Source of the DNA: Eledone cirrhosa
Taxonomy: Eukaryota
DNA: 64,000 nt
Direction of reading: 5' to 3'
Assembly: GCA_964016885.1 (NCBI GenBank)
Contig: CAXHJY010000744.1
Coordinates: 78,895-142,894, forward strand
The position numbers were made by a program, and so were the translations under genes. The notes under the pieces are model-generated. The model saw nothing but the letters and a program-made list of their open reading frames with translations, did not search any database and was not told the origin of the DNA. This document shows positions 58,020 through 64,000 of the stretch, one piece after another. Position 1 is the first letter of the stretch. Each line of letters begins with the position of its first letter.

Positions 58020-59050
58020 ACATCGTCACCGCCCTACCACCAACAACAATACCACTGCCACCACGTCACCACCACCACCACATCCCCGACCGCCATTAAC
58101 TACACCACTATTATCACCACCACCAACAACAATACCACTACCACCACGCCACCACTACCACCACGTCACCACTACCACCACATCCCCGACCACCACCACA
58201 TCCCCGACCGCCATTAACTACACCACTATTATCACCAACAACAATACCACTACCACCACGCCACCACGTCACCACCACCACCACATCCCCGACCGCCATT
58301 AACTACACCACTATTATCACCAACAACAACAATACCACTACCACCACTACCACCACGTCACCACCACCACCACATCCCCGACCACCATCAACTGCACCAT
58401 TATCACCACCACCAACAACAATACCACTACCACCACGTCACCACCACCACCACATCCCCGACCACCATCAACTGCACCATCATCATCACCACCAACAACA
58501 ATACCACTACCACCACTACCACCACGTCACCACCACATCCCCGACCACCATCAACTGCACCATTATCACCACCACCAACAACAATACCACTACCACCACG
58601 TCACCACCACCACCACATCCCCGACCACCATCAACTGCACCATCATCATCACCACCAACAACAATACCACTACCACCACTACCACCACGTCACCACCACA
58701 TCCCCGACCACCATCAACTGCACCATCATCATCACCACCAACAACAATACCACTACCACCACTACCACCACGTCACCACCACATCCCCGACCACCATCAA
58801 CTGCACCATTATCACCACCACCAACAACAATACCACTACCACCACATCCACCACCACGCCACCACTACCACCACATCCCTGAGCGCCATCAACTGCACCA
58901 CTATCACCACCAACAACAACAATACCACTACCACCACATCCACTACCATCCTACCAACACCAATACCACTACCGCCACATTCACCTCCATCATCATCACC
59001 AACAACAACAATACCACTACCACCACGCCGCCACTATCCTCACAATCAAC
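58020..59050. repeat. (ACC)-derived minisatellite, ~66-75-bp units
   Basis: Recurrent cacgtcaccacc..acatccccgacc..atcaactgcacca..aacaacaataccactacc. Confidence 0.9.
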
Positions 59051-59454
59051 GACAACAAAACTGCCTCTACGTGGTTATTTAACCAGCTACACAAAAAAAC
59101 AGTTAAATCTCCTTTAAATTACACTCAATGGCCTCAACAAAGTAAGGACGCATTGGTTAATGAAGCGTAAAACTAAGATAGGTTGGCTTCTGATGAAATA
59201 CGTTTCAATGTTTAATGAAGGCTGATATGATGCTGACATGATGCTAAACAACTTTTAAAAAATTGTTTGAATTTTGCTTGTTCTGCATATTATAGTTCTG
59301 GTATGTCAAATTAATACCATTGAACAACCCTGTATCATAGACAACCTATATATTTCCAGGGGTACTTAGTACCCGTGGGCATATTAACTTCATTATATAT
59401 ATATATATGTATATAATATATAAGAACAAAAGATGGTTAAAAGAGTTCCATGTA

Positions 59455-59521
59455 TTTTATTATGCGCATTTCAAAAACAAATATCATCATGCAATAATAT
59501 TTGTGTTTTCATCAGATAAAA
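59455..59521 (-). ncRNA. Type I hammerhead in the inverted pseudo-LTR
   Basis: Reverse complement of 63182-63248. Confidence 0.8.
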
Positions 59522-60352
59522 CAGGAAGACATGATATGAAGGTTAAAAAACACTTGTGGATAGTTCAGTTTTAAATCAACATATGAGAAGTAGTTTTAGA
59601 TTGATGTGTGATATTGGGAAAAATATTTTATTTAGAGGGGGGGGGGTGGAAAGGATGAAAAAGAAGAGGAGATGAGAGTAAAAAGTGGAGAGGGAAAAGT
59701 CTAATGAGGAAGGATGAGATAGGAGGAGAGATGGGTGATAGAGAGAGAGAGATAGCTTTTATAACTGAGAAAGATATATTGTTTTACATAGAGAGGTTGA
59801 AAACCGTTGGAAGATAATGTATAAATTAAAAGAATTTGAAAATTAACGAAGAGAAAAATAATGTAAAGTTAAGGTTTGTATATTGAGGGGTTTGATAATA
59901 TGTGCGATGAAAAAGAAAATGTTAATATGTATTGAGAATAATAATATTTAAGGGTTTAATAATATGTGCGATGTTCAGAAAATGTTATGTATTATTAAAA
60001 GGAATAACAGGTTATTTAAGTAAGGAAATATTGTGAGATGAGCATGAATGAGTTAGATGAAAGGGAGAAAAGAATAATGAATTGAGGATGAATAATCTAA
60101 CGTCAAAAAAATGTATGTGTTTACGAAGGATTTTTACAAGGTGATATAGAGTAAGAATGTATTGTATTATGTAATAATTGATTCTATGTTAGGCAAGAGT
60201 GAGAAAAGGTACAGATTAGGGGTTAGACATTAAAAGAAGAAGAGAAGAAAGGGAAGTGATAAATAGGAGCGATGTAGAATGAGTAACAAGTATTATAGAA
60301 TGTATAATAACCTTTGAAATAAGGTAGAAAGATGGGTATATTTTTAAAAGAA

Positions 60353-60393
<41 letters not shown>

Positions 60394-60507
60394 CCTTTGA
60401 GAAAAAGATTCTATATTGATAAAGAATTGAATCTTAGCTGTATACTTTGTGAAATGTTTTATGGAATTTATGCAAGCAGATAGAAAACAAGTCAGTGCGT
60501 CTATTTA

Positions 60508-62249
60508 GAATTATCCCACAGGTTCGTTCTAATTGCTCTTCTTTGAACCTAAATTTATGGTTTGGCACTTCTGAAGTGATTAGCTGGTTCAACAAATTGA
60601 ATAATAAAAACAAACTAAAATTTGTTCAATTTGATATTGCCAGCTACTATTCTTCTATTTCGCCTTCACTTCTCAATAATGCTCTATCTTTCGCACTTAA
60701 ATATTCTGACATCACCACAGATGAATTTCACATCATTCTCACCGCACGTAAAACCATCCTAGAGTTCAACAACGAATATTGGACCAGAGCCGATACCTCT
60801 AACAACTTCGACATCACAATGGGAGCATCCGATTCATCCCAATTGACAAATCTAATTGGTATCTTTATTTTGAACTCTTTGAGTCGGAAAATTCCTCAAC
60901 TTCGCGGTGGAATTTATCGTGACGATGGACTCTTTACTATCTTAAATTGCAACAAAGTTAACCTTAATATTATTAAGAACAATATACGTAATCTCTTTAA
61001 CCAACATAACCTAAAAATTGAATTTGATAACAGCATCAAACTAGCTAATTTCTTGGATGTATCTCTTAAGCTTGACACTGGCCTATATTACCCTTACCAT
61101 AAAAACAATGAGAACCTAAATTATGTTAACTTTAAATCTAACCATCAAGAATGCTATAGTTAGTAATATTGGAAAAAGAATATCTAACCTATCTTCTAAT
61201 AAAAACATTTTTGATGCTAACGCCAATTACTATAATAACGCGCTTTCTAAAGCCGGCTATCCTGATAAAATCAAATATAGTAAAGAAACAAATTCTAGAA
61301 GAAATTACAGTAGAATAATTAATCATGATCATTCCAATAACTTTAATAAAAGACCTAGATACAAAAACATAATCTGGTATAATGCTCCTTTCTCCATTTC
61401 TATTAATAACAATATTCCTAAATTATTTTTTAGTGCCTTAAATAAATGCTTCCCTCCCTCACATATCTATAGTAAAATATTTAACAAACACTATAAAATT
61501 TTCCTATTCTACATCCTCCAACATTTCCAACATTATCTCTAAACACAACAATAAAATACTAAATACTAAATCTCTTCCTTCCAACACTGAATATCATAAT
61601 AATAATAATAATAATAATAATAATAGTACTCCCGACGTCATTGTAAACCCTAGGCTAATTTCTACAAACCCAAATACAACGTCAAACACAACTTCGCTAA
61701 ATGTTCTTAATCCCATTCTAAATCAAGAAACTATTATTCCTATCGCAAATAACTTCTCCAATCCAATTCCTTCTATAGATAACACTAGGTCACTCATTAA
61801 TAATCTCTCTAATCGCAATTGCAATTGCCGTATTAAAAATAAATGTCCTCTCAACAACCATTGTCTTGATAAAAACTTGATTTACGAATGTAAAGTTATA
61901 ACTGACACCAATTCCTTCACCTATTTTGGCTCCACTTCCACCTCTTTTAAAGCTCGTCTTTATAACCATCATTCGTCTTTTAAATACAAACTTAAAAGAA
62001 CCAACACGGCTCTCTCAGAACTCATATGGTCCTTGAAAGACAAAAAATATTAAATATAGCATCTTTTGGAAGAAGGTTTCTTCTGCGTCTTCATACTTGA
62101 ACAGTTCTCTATCCAAAATTTGCAATCTCTGTCTAAATGAAAAATTTACTATTATATCTAATTTAGATTCTATAATAAATAGACGCACTGACTTGTTTTC
62201 TATCTGCTTGCATAAATTCCATAAAACATTTCACAAAGTCTACAGATAA
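60508..62249 (+). pseudogene. PLE RT + GIY-YIG endonuclease, 5'-truncated, about 3 frameshifts
   Basis: FVQFDIASYYSSI, FDITMGA, GIYRDDGL, NFLDV; CNCRIKNKCPL..CL..LIYEC..YFGST..FKARLYNHHSSF..LSELIW..CNLCLNEK..CLH. Confidence 0.9.
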
Positions 62250-62289
62250 GATTCAATTCTTTATCAATTTAGAATCTTTTTCTCAAAGG

Positions 62290-62344
<55 letters not shown>

Positions 62345-63181
62345 TTCTTTTAAAAATATACCCATCTTTCTACCTTATTTCAAAGGTTATTATACATTCT
62401 ATAATACTTGTTACTCATTCTACATCGCTCCTATTTATCACTTCCCTTTCTTCTCTTCTTCTTTTAATGTCTAACCCCTAATCTGTACCTTTTCTCACTC
62501 TTGCCTAACATAGAATCAATTATTACATAATACAATACATTCTTACTCTATATCACCTTGTAAAAATCCTTCGTAAACACATACATTTTTTTGACGTTAG
62601 ATTATTCATCCTCAATTCATTATTCTTTTCTCCCTTTCATCTAACTCATTCATGCTCATCTCACAATATTTCCTTACTTAAATAACCTGTTGTTCCTTTT
62701 AATAATACATATCAACATTTTTTTAATATCGCACATATTATTAAACCCTTAAATATTATTCTCAATACATATTAACATTTTCTTTTTCATCGCACATATT
62801 ATCAAACCCCTCAATATACAAACCTTTACTTTACATTATTTTTCTCTTCGTTAATTTTCAAATTCTTTTAATTTATACATTATCTTCCAACGGTTTTCAA
62901 CCTCTCTATGTAAAACAATATATCTTTCTCAGTTATAAAAGCTATCTCTCTCTCTCTCTCTATCACCCATCTCTCCTCCTATCTCATCCTTCCTCATTAT
63001 ACTCCTCCCTATCCACTTTTTACTCTCATCTCCTCCTCTTTTTCATCCTTTCCAACCCCCCCCCCCTCTAAATAAAATATTTTTTCCAATATCACACATC
63101 AATCTAAAACTATTTCTCATATGTTGATTTAAAACTGAACTATCCACAAGTGTTTTTTAACCTACATATCATGTCTTCCTG

Positions 63182-63248
63182 TTTTATCTGATGAAAACAC
63201 AAATATTATTGCATGATGATATTTGTTTTTGAAATGCGCATAATAAAA
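63182..63248 (+). ncRNA. Type I hammerhead in the 3' pseudo-LTR
   Basis: Identical core and stems to 38936-39002. Confidence 0.8.
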
Positions 63249-63392
63249 TACATGGAACTCTTTTAACCATCATTTGTTCTTATATATTATGTATACTCCA
63301 GTCCTACAAACTGTAGAGTACTTCTTATCCGATATCTGCATTGCTTTATTGTACTACAATAAAACTCACCTCCTACATTATATATGTATATA

Positions 63393-63940
63393 TGTCAGGT
63401 CGCTAGTGATAACATGTAACCCAGTACAAGCTGTTCATGGTCGGGTCGTCGGCGACTAAACCGGCAACCCCACAAAGCTTGCTTGGTGAGGAGGGGGATT
63501 TTGGACACCCTGCGGGATGAAAAACAAAACTTCTCAAAGGGCGGTGGAGCTCAGGAGAGTCAACGGCCATCCAATAAAGTTGGGTTTTTTTTACTTTTTT
63601 GTGGAGCGAGAGACTGCTAGTCTTCATTAAGACATCACTCTAGGAGAAGGTTGCTCTGATATAAACCCTGCCACTTCGATTGCATCCAATGATGTAGACC
63701 AGTTCTACTTTTTGGGTAAATACATTCGATGCTCAGAAAGTGGGATTGGCTCCGTGCAAAGCCTTTCCTCACTTAAAAAAGCTTCAAGCACAGGCATCGC
63801 TTGGTATGTGACATTTTTTGCGCTACATGACATTGCTGGCTATAGGCAAGTCCTTAGCAGGACTAAAAGGCCACGTCCGTGTTGCGCGCATGTTTATGTA
63901 TCAAGCGATGGCAGTTTCTCGAAATCGAGTTGCAGCCATC
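63393..63940 (+). mobile_element. Non-coding dispersed repeat (copy 2 of 26143-26662)
   Basis: Colinear similarity over about 500 bp. Confidence 0.75.
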
Positions 63941-63966
63941 ATATATATATATGTCTGTGTATGTAC

Positions 63967-64000
<34 letters not shown>

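Larger units (their letters stand above)
59413..63379 (+). mobile_element. Penelope-like element (Naiad-like) with a 1.1-kb inverted 5' pseudo-LTR
   Basis: 59413-60507 is the reverse complement of about 62176-63292; RT-GIY-YIG between the arms; (TA)n at both ends. Confidence 0.92.

Noticed and set aside
61815-62215. Selenocysteine-encoding PLE (reported for some Naiad elements)
   Set aside because: The Cys positions I can read use TGC/TGT; no in-frame TGA seen there

Overview
Repeat-saturated, AT-rich animal genomic DNA with no supportable host protein-coding exon. The SINE families and the massive (TA)n/(CA)n/(CAC)n content resemble octopus (cephalopod) DNA, which is an inference from recognition only. 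Almost all long ORFs in the track are microsatellite artefacts. The real coding remnants are decayed retroelements: a Tx1/L1-like LINE (5.8-8.35 kb, +), a CR1-group LINE with a single stop (14.6-16.8 kb, -), RTE and R4/Dong-like fragments, and two Penelope-like elements (PLEs; RT + GIY-YIG; 10.1-12.0 kb - and 59.4-63.4 kb +). There are also many tRNA-derived SINEs and several MITEs. The main hidden signal is RNA-level. By eye I find about 20 type-I hammerhead ribozyme (HHR) motifs, intact or decayed, from at least ten unrelated sequence families. Nearly all lie in short islands between (TA)n tracts, and many are in fold-back (inverted) arrangements. They include a 429-bp ORF-less tandem unit with one HHR per unit (retrozyme-like, 8851-9845), a U3-A8 covariant core, and position-4 core variants. 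All folds were made by hand; none was computed or tested.
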